A DNA stretch of 64,000 nucleotides from Chiloscyllium plagiosum (GCF_004010195.1 NC_057752.1:13630104-13694103); one strand, 5' to 3'. Positions 25,791-38,545 are shown, numbered from the stretch's first letter. Translations and numbers: made by a program. Notes: a model not told the origin generated them from the letters alone.

Positions 25791-26589
25791 GGCAAAAAAA
25801 TCTTGCAGATGCGGGAATTCTAACATATGAAAAAAAAACACTGTGCCCTGGCAGTCATCTTCAGGTCTGGTAACCTCTGTGGGGAGAGAAAAAATAAGTT
25901 ATCGTTTCCAGTCCATGCCCTTTCACCGGAATTGAAGGAAGATGTGGAAGAGATGTTCTGCAAGTGATGGGTCTTGGAACCCCTGTCTCACTCCTCCCCT
26001 CCACAAGCTCTGGAATCCTTCCAGACCTCCAAACTCATCCAAATGGCCTCTTGTACATCCCCAATTTTAACTACTATTGGTGGCTATGCCTTCCACTGCT
26101 AAAGTCCCATACTGTAATATTTCTCTGTTTAGTCATATCAACCTCTCCTCCCTAAGCGCCGCCTTTTACCTATTATTTACTGATCTATGCAACTTAACTC
26201 TGTGATCTGCTTGTATTGCTCGCAATACCAAGCTTTTCACTGTGCCTCAGTACAAGTGACAATAAATCCAATGCAATTCAGAATCAGAGCATGAATAGGT
26301 CATTCGGCCCATCAAGCCTGCTTCCCCATTCAATATGTCTGATCGTCCAACTCAGTCCCCTGTTCCCACATTCTCCCCAAACCCTTTCATCCCCTGAGCT
26401 TTAAGAACTATTATCAACCTCCTTCTTGAAAACATTCAATGTTTTGACCTCAACCGCTTTCTGTGGCAGAGAATTCCACAGAATTCCCACTGTCTGGATG
26501 AAGACGTTTCTCCTCAGCTCAGGCCCATATGCTTAGGTTTCATCTGTTGACACTTCATAAAACCTACAGCACAGAAAGAGGGCCTTGTA

Positions 26590-27164
26590 TCATAGAATCC
26601 GCACAGTGTGGAAACAGGCCATTTGGCCCAACAAGTCCACACTAACCCTCTGAGGATAGGGTAAATAGACAAAGTCTTTTCTCTGGGGTGGGGGAGTCCA
26701 GAACCAAAGGGCATAGATTTAGGGGAGAGGGGAAAGATATCAAAGAGACCTAAGGGGAATACTTTTCACGCAGAGGGTGGTACGTGTATGGAATGAGCTG
26801 CCAGAGGAAGTGGTGGAGGCTGGTACAATTGCAACATTTAAGAGGCATTTGGATGGGTATATGAATAGGAAGGGTTTGGAGGGATATGGGCCGGGTGCTG
26901 GCAGGTGGGACTAGATTGGGTTGGGATATCTGGTCGGCATGGACAGGTTGGACCGAAGGATCTGTTTCCATGCTGTATATCTCTATGACTAAGAGTAACC
27001 CACCCAGACCCATTCTCCTACCCTATTGCTCTACATTTCCCATGACCGATCCGCCTAACCTGCACATCTTTGGTCTGTGAGAGGAAACCCACACAGACAC
27101 AGGGAGAACGTGCAAACTCTACACAGACAGTCACCCAAGGCTGGGATTAAATCCAGGTCCCTAG
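26590..27164 (-). mobile_element. HE1-like SINE interrupted by a CR1 3' fragment (+, ~26654-26990)
   Basis: SINE tail at 26590-26652 and body at 26991-27164 flank a CR1 3' end. Confidence 0.75.
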
Positions 27165-27664
27165 NNNNNNNNNNNNNNNNNNNNNNNNNNNNNNNNNNNN
27201 NNNNNNNNNNNNNNNNNNNNNNNNNNNNNNNNNNNNNNNNNNNNNNNNNNNNNNNNNNNNNNNNNNNNNNNNNNNNNNNNNNNNNNNNNNNNNNNNNNNN
27301 NNNNNNNNNNNNNNNNNNNNNNNNNNNNNNNNNNNNNNNNNNNNNNNNNNNNNNNNNNNNNNNNNNNNNNNNNNNNNNNNNNNNNNNNNNNNNNNNNNNN
27401 NNNNNNNNNNNNNNNNNNNNNNNNNNNNNNNNNNNNNNNNNNNNNNNNNNNNNNNNNNNNNNNNNNNNNNNNNNNNNNNNNNNNNNNNNNNNNNNNNNNN
27501 NNNNNNNNNNNNNNNNNNNNNNNNNNNNNNNNNNNNNNNNNNNNNNNNNNNNNNNNNNNNNNNNNNNNNNNNNNNNNNNNNNNNNNNNNNNNNNNNNNNN
27601 NNNNNNNNNNNNNNNNNNNNNNNNNNNNNNNNNNNNNNNNNNNNNNNNNNNNNNNNNNNNNNNN
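27165..27664. other. Assembly gap (500 N)
   Basis: N-run. Confidence 1.
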
Positions 27665-27860
27665 TTCTCAACATCCTCCCACTCCTCCTCCTGACCACCA
27701 TCCTCCTCATCCTTCTCATCCTGCCACTCCTGCTCATCCTCCTCCTCATCATTATCACCCTTCTCCCTCTCCTCCTCATCTTCATCATCCTCATTGTCCT
27801 GTTTATCATTCCCCTTCTCCACCATATTCCCTTCATCCTCCTCCTCATCCTCCTCCTTAA
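27665..27860. repeat. Low-complexity (TCC/TCA)n tract
   Basis: Degenerate trinucleotide repeat adjoining a gap. Confidence 0.85.
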
Positions 27861-28013
27861 ACCCATCTCATTCACTCATGCCATTTAGGGAAGGAAATCT
27901 GCTGTCTTGACACTGTCTGACCAACATGTGACTCCAGATCATGAGCGATGTAGTTGGCTCTTAACCTGAAGTGGCCATTCTGTATGTACAGAAGATATTT
28001 AAAATTAAAACGA

Positions 28014-28212
28014 CTGTCGGTTCTGATATAACGTGACAGTTTCATTCTCGTGCGATCTCGCGTTATAAGAAAATCGCGCAAGGGCCGCACCATCTGAACT
28101 AGTGGGGCCAGAATCACGTTCTAGCCAGACAGGTAAGGAAAGCTCGCGTTCTACAAATAACAGTTAAAGCCAACTCATGTTGAAGAAAGAGACCTTATAG
28201 CGGAACCGACTG
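28014..28212. mobile_element. Tc1/mariner (Tigger/pogo-like) MITE
   Basis: Terminal inverted repeats CTGTCGGTTCTGATATAA ... TTATAGCGGAACCGACTG followed by TA; CpG-rich interior. Confidence 0.7.
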
Positions 28213-28469
28213 TACACAGAAAGGTCAAAAAGGGGTCAAACTGATTGGACCACACAGCATCAACTTAGGCACTGGAAACACGCAAGGTGAACCCAGACCA
28301 GTCACCTCAGCAAAACCCTTCTTACAAACATCTGGGAGCCGATGCACAGTGGGAGGGCAGTTCCACCTGCGAGTCAAGTAACAGCCTGGCATGGTTATAC
28401 TAATTATATCTTCCAACGTCTCAGAGTTCACCATCGCCATCCCTAGATGTAATCTGTCCTATCCCATCT

Positions 28470-30310
28470 GCACCATAAGATGCAAGACCAGAATTAGGCC
28501 ATTCAGCCCATCAAGTCTGCCCGCCATTTGATCATGGCTGGAATGTTTCTCAACCCCATTCTCCTGTCTTCTCCCTGTAATCCTTGATCCCCTTTCCAAT
28601 CAACAACCTATCTGTCACTGTCTTAAAGGTATTCAATGACCTGGCCTCCACAGCCCTCTGCTGCAACGTGTTCCACAGATTCCCCACCCTCTGGCTGATG
28701 ATATTCCTCCTCATCTCAGTTCTAAAAGGTCGTCCCTTCAATCTGAGGCTGTACCCCCAGGTCCTAGTGTCTCCTATGAGTGAAAAGTCAGAGAGTCCTA
28801 GAATAATACAGCATGGAAATAGGCCCTTCGGCCCAAACTGGTACATGCTGACCCCAGCGTCCATTTAGCTAGTTCCAATTTCCCGCATTTGGTCCACTTC
28901 CCTCTAAACCCCTCCCATCCATGTACCTATCCAAAGGTTTTTTAAATGTTGCTATTGTACCTGCCTCAACCACTTTCTCTGGCAGCCCGTTCCATACGCA
29001 CACCACTCTCTGCGTGAAGACATTGCCCATCAGGTCCTTCCTAAATCATTCCCCTCTCACCTTTAACCTATGCCCTCTAGTTTTCAGTTCCCCATCCCTG
29101 GGTAAAAAGACTATATGCGTTCATCCTTATCTATGCCCCTCAAGATTTTATACACCTCATTCTCCTATGTTCCAAGGAGTAAAGTCCTATCCTGGCCAAC
29201 CTCTCCTGATAACTCAGGCCTACTAGTCCTGACAACAGCCTCGTAAATCTTCTCTGCACTCTTTCCAGTTTAACTATGTATTTCCTATAACAGGGTAACC
29301 AAAACTGTACACAATACTCCAAGTGTGGCCTCACTTATACAACTGTAACAGAGCGTCCCAACTCCTATACTCAATGCCTTGACCGATGAAGGTCAGCATG
29401 CTAAATGGCTTCTTCACCACCCTGTCTACCTGTGACACTACATTCAATGAACTATGTACATGTACTCCTAAGTTCCTCTGTTCCACAACAGTCTCCAGAC
29501 CTTACCATTTACTGTATAAGTCCTACCTTGGTTTGACGTTCGAAGGTGCAACACCTTACACTTATCTGGATTGAATTCCATTCGCCAGTCCTCAGCCCAC
29601 TTTCTCATCTGATCAAGTTCCCTCTGTAATCTTTGATAACCTTCCTCGTTATCAACGATACCTCCTAATTTTGTACCATCCACAAACCTACTAATCATGC
29701 CTTGTACATTCACATCCAGATCATTTATGAAAATAACAAATAACAAATGTCCCAGCACTGATTCCTGTGGCACACCACTAGTCACAGGCCTCCAGTCCGA
29801 GAAACGACTTTCAACCATCACCCTCTGCTTCCTACCATTGAGCCAAATTGAATCCAGTTAGCTAGCTCTCCTGAGATCGCACACGACCTCACCTTCATGA
29901 CCAGCCTTCTATGCATCTTCTCCATGTCCACTCTATCCAGGCCTCTCAGTATTCTGTAAGTTTCGATCAGATTCCCCCTCATTCTTCTCAACTCCATTGA
30001 TTACAGACCCAGAGTCCTCAACCCCTCCTCTTAGGACATGCCCCTCATCCCCAGGATCATTCTTGTGAACTTCCTCTGGACCCACCTCCAAGGCCAGCAC
30101 ATGCTTAGATACAGGGCCCAAAACTGCTCACAATCTTCCAAATGTGGTCTGACCAGAGCCTTATACAGCCTCAGCAGTACATCCCTGCTCTGATATTCTC
30201 GCCCTCTTGGAATGAATGCGGACATTGCATTTGCCTTCCTAACTGCCAAGTGAACTTGCTTGTTAACCTGAAGAGATTCTTGAACTAGGACTCCTAAGTC
30301 AACTTTGTGC
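28470..30310 (-). mobile_element. Nested CR1 LINE fragments (a ~28790-29915 copy inserted within another CR1 subfamily)
   Basis: [37 protein letters not shown] and RTEMRRNIISQRV motifs. Confidence 0.85.
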
Positions 30311-30602
30311 AGGTTAAACATGGGCAAGGAAACATTGCCTCAATCTTCAGCTTCTCCAGGTTGAAGGTCACTTGGAAGAAGCACTGAGGTGGCAAGGCCA
30401 CAGAATGTACTCCGGGTGGGGGACATCAATGTAAAACTTCTACGAGCCAAGTTGGTCATGTTGTGAAAACACGTATTTGCCAGACTGGGCCTGAAGCACG
30501 TAGTGAGGGAACCAACAAGAGGGAAAGACCTTGTCCTCACTAATCCATAACTTACAGTTGCAACTGTCCATGACAATATTGGCAGCAGGAACCATTTGGA
30601 AT

Positions 30603-31870
30603 GTTACAATGTCTCACAAACTTGATTGAGTTTTTTGAAGAAGTAACAAAGAGGATTGATGAGGGTCGAGCGGTAGATGTGATCTATATGGACTTCAGTA
30701 AGGTGTTCGACAAGGTTCCCCATGGGACACTGATTAGCAAGGTTAGATCTCATGGAACACAGGGAGGACGAGCCATTTGGATACAGAAGTGTCTCAAAGG
30801 TAGAAGACAGAGGGTGGTGGTGGAGGGTTGTTTTTCAGACTGGAGGCCTGTGACCAGTGGAGTGTCACAAGGATTGGGGCTGGGCCCACTTCTTTTCGTC
30901 ATTTACATAAATGATTTGGATGTGAGCATAAGAGGTGTATAGTTAGTAAGTTTGCAGATGACACCAAAATTGGAGGTGTAGTGGACAGCGAAGAGGGTTA
31001 CCTCAGATTACAATGGTATCTTGATCAGATGGGCCAATGGGCTGAGAAGTGACAGATGGAATTTAATTCAGATAAATGCTAGTGGCTGCATTTTGGGAAA
31101 GCAAATCTTAGCAGGACTTATACACTTAATGGTAAGGTCCGAGGGAGTGTTGCTGAACAAAGAGACCTTGGAGTACAGGTTCATAGCTCCTTGAAAGTGG
31201 AGTCACAGGTAGATAGGATAGTGAAGGAGGCGTTTGGTATGCTTTCCTTTATTGGTCAGAGTATTGAATACAGGAGTTGGGAGGTCATGTTGCAGCTGTA
31301 CAGGACATTAGTTAGGCCACTGTTGGAATATTGCATGCAATTCTGGTCTCCTTCCTAACGGAGGATGTTGTGAAACTTGAAAGGGGTTCAGAAAAGATTT
31401 ACAAGGATGTTGCCAGGGTTGGAGGATCTGAGCTATAGGGAGAGGCTGAACAGGCTGGGGCTGTTTTCCCTGGAGTGTCGGAGGCTGAGGGGTGACCTTA
31501 TAAAGGTTTACAAAATTATGAGGGGCATGGATAGAATAAATAGACAAAATCTTTTCCCTGGGGTCAGGGAGTCCAGAACTAGAGGGCATAGGTTTAGGGT
31601 GAGAGGGGAAAGATATAAAAGAGACCCAAGGGGCAACGTTTTCACACAGAGGGTGGTACATGTATGGAATGAGCTGCCAGAGGAAGTGGTGGAGGCTGGT
31701 ACAATTGCAACATTTAAGAGACATTTGGATGGGTATATGAATAGGAAGGGTTTGGAGGGATATGGGCCACATGCTGGCAGGTGGGACTAGGTTGGGTTGG
31801 GATATCTGGTCGGCATGGACGTGTTGGACTGAAAGGTCTGTTTCCGTGCTGTACATCTCTATGACTCTAT
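30603..31870 (+). mobile_element. CR1/HER1-like LINE, 5'-truncated
   Basis: [31 protein letters not shown]...; RLRGDLIKVYKIMRG; TCTATGACTCTA tail. Very similar to the inverted copy at 40410-41590. Confidence 0.92.
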
Positions 31871-31898
31871 AACCAGAGATCCAAATCTGGAGCTATCC

Positions 31899-32155
31899 TA
31901 GTTAAAAATCACACAACAACAGGTTATGGTCCAACAGGTTTCGATATGTGTGATCTTCTTTAAGCCAGCAGTTAGTGGTGTCGATGGTAGCCATGATTTG
32001 GAGATGCTGCTGTTGGACTGGGGTGTACAAAGTTAAAAATCACACAACACCAGGTTATAGTCCAACAGGTTGGATTAACCTGTTGGTCTATAACCTGGTG
32101 TTGTGTGATTTTTAACTTTGTACACCCCAGTCCAACTTGGGAATCTCCAAATCAC
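31899..32155. repeat. PLE terminal-repeat palindrome with probable target-site duplication
   Basis: Arms ~31995-32071 and ~32077-32155 around loop GGATT; GGAGCTATC occurs on both flanks (31889-31897, 32156-32164). Confidence 0.75.
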
Positions 32156-32464
32156 GGAGCTATCTCAGTTGGTGTATCTCTCAACTGACTCTTCTCAACT
32201 TCTACTAGAGGGAGCCAGACTCAAAGCCATGTAACTGGGTCGACTAAGTCTGGTCAGCTTTCGGTCAAAGGAGTCGAATCAGTTTAGATTATTACCATAC
32301 ATTAACAGATTTATTCCTCATTCATTTTTAGCTCAATTCCCAAATCTTCTAAGGGTCTGGGGGAAATCTGCAGTAAATATTCCTCTACCAACAGAGATTA
32401 GGAATTGTGTTCACTGCATGCTTAATACAGAACATGCTGATGTCTCTATTGTTTCCATTTAGAT

Positions 32465-32775
32465 GGGGTGACACAATGGCTCAGTGGTTAGTACTGCTGC
32501 CTAACAGCGCCAGGCACTGGGTTCGATTCCAGCCTTGGACGACTGCGTGGAGTTTGCACATTCTCCCTGTGTCTTCCTCTGGCTGCTCCAGTTTCCTCCC
32601 ACAATCCAAAGGTGTGCAGGTTAGGATGAATTGGCCATGCTAAATTGCCCAAAGTGTTCAGGGTTGTGTAGGTTAAGGTGGATTAGTCAGGGGTAAAGTA
32701 GAGTAATAGGGGAACGGGTCTGGATTGGTGTGGACTTGTTGGGCCAAAGGGCCTGTTTCCATACTGTAGGGAACA
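32465..32775 (+). mobile_element. HE1-like SINE
   Basis: A box TGGCTCAGTGG, B box GGTTCGATTCC, same core and tail. Confidence 0.85.
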
Positions 32776-32966
32776 ATTTAAGTTTTCAGTGCACAAATGA
32801 AAAAGCATGTGACTTGGTGGTTAACCAAAATTTGAGTCACACAAGCAAATAAATCTCAAAAGGGGAACGTAGCCAGTTCTTACTTTTTATGACTGAATCC
32901 AAACTATAAACTATACTTGTTACAGATATAAAATTTTTCAAAGAAAGTAGGAATATCCATCCAGTA

Positions 32967-33171
32967 CAGTAGAACCTCCGTATCCGTGGATTCAGTTTCC
33001 ATCGTTTCAGTTATCGGAAAATAATACATGGAACATTCCAGAAATAATTCCAGAGGGCTGCCAGGGTGGAACATTTCCCATTTAAATGATAGCAATTCGC
33101 TACTATCAGCGGTTTTGAGCATCCGCAGTAGGTTTTGGAATGTATCACCCACGGATATGGGGGTACACCTC
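32967..33171. mobile_element. Tigger-type MITE resembling MER44
   Basis: TA|CAGTAGAACCTCCGTATCCGTGG ... CCACGGATATGGGGGTACACCTC|TA. Confidence 0.72.
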
Positions 33172-33290
33172 TACTCACTTAACATTCCCTTAATCTTTCA
33201 GTTTGCACGTGACTGATTAGGTTCAGAATAAATCTGAAATGAATGTAAGCAAATCTAATTTGTTCTGATGAAGAGTCAGCTAGACCTAGT

Positions 33291-33603
33291 AGGTGGCACG
33301 GTGGCACAGTGGTTAGCACGGCTGCCTCACAGCGCCAGAGACCTGGGTTCAATTCCCGTCTCAGGCGAATCTCTGTGTGGAGTTTGCACATTCTCCCTGT
33401 GTCTGCATGGGTTTCCTCCGGGTGCTCCGGTTTCCTCCCACAATCCAAAAATGTGCAGGTTGGCCATGCTAAATTGCCCGTGGTGTTAGGTGAAGGGGTA
33501 AATGTAGGGGAATGGGTCTGAGTGGGTTGCGCTTCGGAGGGTCGGTGTGGACTTGTTGGGCCGAAGGGCCTGTTTCCACACTGTAAGTAATCTAATCTAA
33601 TCC
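33291..33603 (+). mobile_element. HE1-like SINE inserted into a PLE hammerhead motif
   Basis: Full SINE; flanks read CTGATGAAGAGTCAGCTAGAC and GATGCTGCCTGACCTGCTG (PLE terminal repeat). Confidence 0.85.
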
Positions 33604-35419
33604 AAAAAAAAAACCTTAGCTCTCCATGGATGCTGCCTGACCTGCTGTGATCTCCAGCATCTGCAGTAATTTGCCCTTAAGCAAATCTAAAGTTATTTGA
33701 GTTATTTTGAAATATTTATAATTTTCTGAAGGGGTTATGCAATTAATTGTTAGGTGAAAGATATTCATTCAATACTCGCACCAGGACGATGGTCGTGGTT
33801 GTTGGAAGTCAGTCATCACAGGACATCTCTGCTCAGCACCAAGCAGGCGAGGAGCTGGGGTGGGGGGACATGCACAGGGTGGAATAGGAGCGGTGGACAG
33901 GTATATGGCACACAATGATCTTCAATGGCCAGATGCTGCAGAGGTGCAGTTACACTGTGGGTAACCCAACTATCTCAAGCAGGAGAATGTCTGGCTGGTA
34001 CTATGGAGGGGTTGGTGGTGGCCATTGGAGAGTCAGATCCAGCACTCTTGGGATCTATTGGAGAGGGGCTCACACCAGCATTCCATCACCTTCACCATTG
34101 GTCCTTGGGACTGAAGGCATGGTGAGAGGGGGACAGGGAACCTGGCAAGGACTCCAGCTGTCCCTTCCTCACGAGGAGAGCGGGCGGTTGCGGAGTAACC
34201 ACACGCAAGGCATTGCAGAATTCTCCTCTCAGGATGCCCCGGGGCGGCTGAGCCCACTATCTCCACCCTGATGTTTGGAAGTCCAAGCTGAGGTGGATCC
34301 ACTTGCTTCTGGTAAGAAGAACCTCAGCATTTCAGGGACATCCAGGTACAGATGCCTCTGGGATCATCCAACTGATCCTCCAAGGATAATCGACTGCACT
34401 ATCCAGGTAAGCACCCAGAGCCAAGATGTGCACTGAGACAGAGTGGGAAGGAGAGAAAGGTAAGAACACCTTTGGAGGGCACTTCAGTGACAATGCACTG
34501 CATATGAAGTATCACATTTGTATTAACTTACTTGTTTTTGTACTAGATCTGTTTGTTTGAATCTCTATGTAGCCCACAATGTAACTATACCAGCATCACA
34601 CTGAACATCATGCCCACACAGGATGGACCATGGATCATGTCTATGTTGAGCTTCTTGGAAACAAAATGACCCAGATGAACGTAGGGCAATGGGTCTCACT
34701 GCTACCATTGCCCCTAGTCCTAAAACATCTTGATTCTTTCCCTGGCCTCTATGTCCAAAACAATACTGGTGTGAATGAGTTGGTCAGTGATGTTGAGGGC
34801 AGGGAGCTGCTCAGCAAACAGGGAGCCAATGCATTAAGATCACCAAGGATTAAGGACCCCACAGGTCTGTGTCCTGGATAGTACATGGTTCTGTGGAATG
34901 TTCTTGCCCTTCGAAAGCCCCATCATTGGTGGGTCTTCCATCCGTCTCCCTCACATATCCCACCCACTCTGGGTGTGGTCACAGCCATTTTCTAATCTTT
35001 TGAATTTTCTTTCTTGCCAACGGGTGTGCTTATTGGATGTTACTACACCAGAACAGTTAATAAGTAATAGTTACTGTATCTATTGTTCTGTTAAGTTTTA
35101 GAGTTGTTATTCTAAATTCCTCTTTCTTTGAATGTATTTTAACTAGAGTGTTTAAATAAATTGTGTTTTGCTCAACGTCGAGTACTGTGTTCCACTCACA
35201 TAGCATTCGGAACATCTGCCTTTAAAATAAGAAAACATTAGACTCTAGGTTACCTTCTTACAATATTTTGAGGAGGTCTGGTCTGGTCCATAACAGTGCA
35301 CATTCCAGCCTGCACCTCTGCACATCCCAAATTCCTTCCTGATAGTTCTTCCCAGAGGATTGGCCTCCTCCAGGTCTCCACCAACCCAAAGGGTGCACCT
35401 CCCTTTTCTTTTAATATTC

Positions 35420-35765
35420 GCTGACAGGATGTGGGCAGCACTGGCCAGGCCAGCCTTTATTGCCCATCTGAATTACCCAGAGGGCAGTTAAGAGCCAACC
35501 GCATTGGCTGTGGGTCTGGAGTCACATGTAGGCCCAGACCAGGTAAGGAGGGCAGTTTCCTTCCCTGAAGGACATTAGTGGCCCAGATAGGTTTTTCCCC
35601 CAACAATTGGCAATGGATTCACCATAACGTTCTTAATTCCCAGGTATTTATTTAACTCAAATGCCACCATCTGCCGTGGCGGGATTCGAACCCAGGTCCC
35701 CAGAACATTCCCAGGGTCTCTGGATTAACAGTCCTATGGTAATACTACCAGGCCATCACCTCCCC
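35420..35765 (-). mobile_element. Second tRNA-derived SINE family (non-HE1)
   Basis: Minus strand GGGAGGTGATGGCCTGGTAGTA...GGGTTCGAATCCC (A/B boxes). Fragments also at ~6545-6810, 27872-27980 and 55270-55378. Confidence 0.7.
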
Positions 35766-36529
35766 ATATGAGTTGACCATGCCAAGAAAGGTCACACACT
35801 TTGCCCTCCTTGAAACTAGGATGCCCCTGACTGTGGATGAGTCTTCCTCCCCCATTACGCCATTCCTATCCATACTATACCAAACCATACTATACCAAAA
35901 CCCCTTATGCAGATACTGTTGTCTCCCTTCACAATCAGCATCCACCCCGCACCCCCCCCCCCTCCCCACCCCACCAGCCTGCAGGTCCCAATGCTAACAG
36001 ACATGTTCCCATCACCCTTAGTTTCCCTGGATGGAACCAACAGACAGACCATGGACCATCCTTCTTGAATTACCTAAGCAGACAGCCGTGGACAAGAAGT
36101 GTCCAGAGCCCTGAATGGTGGCTGCCCATCTCCCTGACCATGTTAGACCTACTCCACCCTCCCAGACTGGCTGCTATGGAGCCACTGATCGTGACTCACA
36201 GCCTGGACCTCAGAAGCACCTGACTGAGAACATACTCTTTCTGAAGAAGGTTACTGGACCCAAAACATGAACTATTGTTGTCTGTCCTCAGATGCTGCCA
36301 GACCTGCTGAGTTTCTCCAGCAGTTTCTGTTTGTGTTGCCTGTTTCTCTTAGAGTGTATGTGAAAATGTACTGCTCGGAAGACGTGTTCTCTCAAATATG
36401 TAATTTCTAGTGTCATTTGCTGGTCGTATGAATTTGTTTATCCACACACACATGTATAATTGGCTTGACATCTTTATATTTCTCAAGTGTTTTGAGAAGA
36501 GTACTTTTAAACCAAATAACACACAGAAA

Positions 36530-37112
36530 GAGAATAGGAACAGGAGTAGGCCACTTGGCCCTTCGGCCCTGCTCCACCATTCAATAGGATCGTGGTTGAT
36601 TGTCCAACGCAGTCCCCTGTTTCCAATTTCTCCCCCATACTCTTAGCTCTAGGAATTATATCTAACTCCTTGGAAACATTCAATGTTTTGGTTTCAACCA
36701 CTTTCTGTGGCAGAGAATTCCACAGGCAGTGAAGACATTTCTCCTCAGCTCAATCCTGAATGGCCCAACCCGTGTCCTTAGACTGTGACCCCCTGGTTCT
36801 GAACTCCCCCCACCATCGGGAACATTCTTCCTGTGTTTACCCCGTCTCGTCCTGTCAGAAGTTTACAGGTTTCTATGTGATCGCCTTCGGTCTTCTAAAC
36901 TCCAGTGAATATAGTCCTAACCGATCCGGTCTCTCTTCATACGTTTGTCCTGCCATCCCAGGAATCAGTCTGGGAAATCTTTATTGCATTCCCTTCATAG
37001 CAAGAATATCCTTCCTCAGATAAGGAGACCCAAACTGCACACAATACTCCAGGTGTGATCTCACTAAGGCCCTGTCCAACTGCAGCAAGACATCCCTGCT
37101 CCTGTACTCAAA
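36530..37112 (-). mobile_element. CR1 LINE 3' fragment
   Basis: AACTGCACACAATACTCCAGGTGTG (reverse of the HLEYCVQF motif); AGGAGTAGGCCA tail. Confidence 0.75.
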
Positions 37113-37534
37113 TCCTCAGATATTCCTGCTCCTGTTGTTGAACCCTCTCACTTTGTAGACCATTTGCACTGGCTACCCAAGTGAAAATGTTGCAGTGGAA
37201 AGAGCAGTAGCTGCTTTGATGGAGACATCCAGTCAACAAAGCTTTCAGAGAGACAGCTTGACCCAGTTTATTGATGTAATCGTAAAGCTTTGAAGTCACA
37301 GTCCGTGAGAAACAGATGGATCCCTCTCTCTTTCTCTCAAGTTGCTCTCATTAAAGTTTGTGGTTTGAAAGCCCAACAGAAGACTTTGCTCCTGCAAGCT
37401 GTGAGTTCTTAAAGGGAACCGAATCAACAACTGAATCAGTTGCTCTGACTCAGCGCGACTATCCGCAAGAGAACAAGAGAAATCAATCAGCCATGGCTCC
37501 TCCAGTGAGAAACCCTGGGACCAAATTTTATATG

Positions 37535-38545
37535 AAAAATCACACCACACCAGGTTATAGTCCAACAGGTTTATTTAGAAGCACTAGCTTTCAGAGCGCT
37601 GCTCCTTCATCAGGTGGTTGTGGAGTATAAAGTCGTAAGACAGAATTTATAGCAAAAGTTCCCAGTGTGATGTAACTGAAATTATATATTGAAAAAGACC
37701 TGGATTGTTTGTTAAGTCTCTCAGCTTTTAGAATGACCATGTTGGTTTCAGTTCTTTCATATGTAACTCCCAGAACTTTTTTCAAGTTACATTCTCAAGT
37801 GAACTTTAACAATTGGTGTCATGTCGGCCCAGATAATGCATTTAATGTGTGAGGTGCCCTGGGTGAGACTGCCTGTGACACAACGTTCAGGCTGATTCTA
37901 ATCTAAAGAAACAGATTTACAGAATCTTACATGGAGTTTTTGAGCAAAATAAAATGTAATTCTGCAAGTACAAATTCACCCCACAAACGTGTGTGTGTCG
38001 GGGAGTGGGGGGCGTGATGATGAGAGTGTAAAGAGGTATATGTCTGCGAGAGGGTGTGTGTGTGTGTGTGTGTGAGATGCAATGGGGTCACCTGAATGTG
38101 ACGTGAACTCAAGGTCCCGGTTGAGGCAATCCCCATGGGTACCGAATTTGGCTATCAGCCTCTGCTCGACCGATCTTCGCTGTTGTCTGTCCCAAAGTCT
38201 GCCTTGGAGGGCGGTCACCCGAAGGTCTGAGGTCAAATGTCCCAGACCGCTGAAGTGTTCTCTGACTGGGAGGGAGCACTCCTGTCTGATGATTGGTGTG
38301 CGGTGCCCATTCATCTATTGCCGTAGCCTCTGCTCAGTCTCACCAATGTACCGTGCCTCAGGACATCCTTGCCTGCAGCGTATGAGGTAGACAACATTGG
38401 CTGAGTCACATGAGTAGCTGCCACGTACATGGTGGGAGGTGTCCCCACGTGTAATGGTGGTATCCCTGTCAACACTCTGACTCGTCCTGCAGCATCTACT
38501 GTGACAGGGTTGTATGGTGTTGTCCTGAAGGCCAGGCAGTTTGCT
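37535..38545 (-). mobile_element. Penelope-like element 3' region (GIY-YIG endonuclease, 3' UTR, hammerhead)
   Basis: CCRTSQ...NVVYLIRCRQGCPEARYIGETEQRLRQ*MNGHR...EQRLIAKFGT, with an in-frame stop (decayed). Confidence 0.9.
37582..37616 (-). ncRNA. Minimal hammerhead ribozyme motif in PLE 3' end
   Basis: cac-CUGAUGA-aGGAGCagcGCUCU-GAAAGCUA-gug; G.U pair closes helix II. Confidence 0.68.

Noticed and set aside
27665..27875. Acidic (D/E-rich) ORF that might be an OS9-like exon
   Set aside because: Low-complexity trinucleotide tract upstream of the OS9 promoter; the ORF length is inflated by Ns; no splice support.
32465..32540. tRNA genes suggested by A/B boxes
   Set aside because: They are SINE heads continuing into SINE bodies; no complete cloverleaf.
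35030..35295. Possible solo LTR end (AATAAA ... GGTCCATAACA); similar LTR-like stretches at ~37150-37520 and ~43490-43830
   Set aside because: No second LTR, PBS/PPT or target-site duplication could be established by eye.
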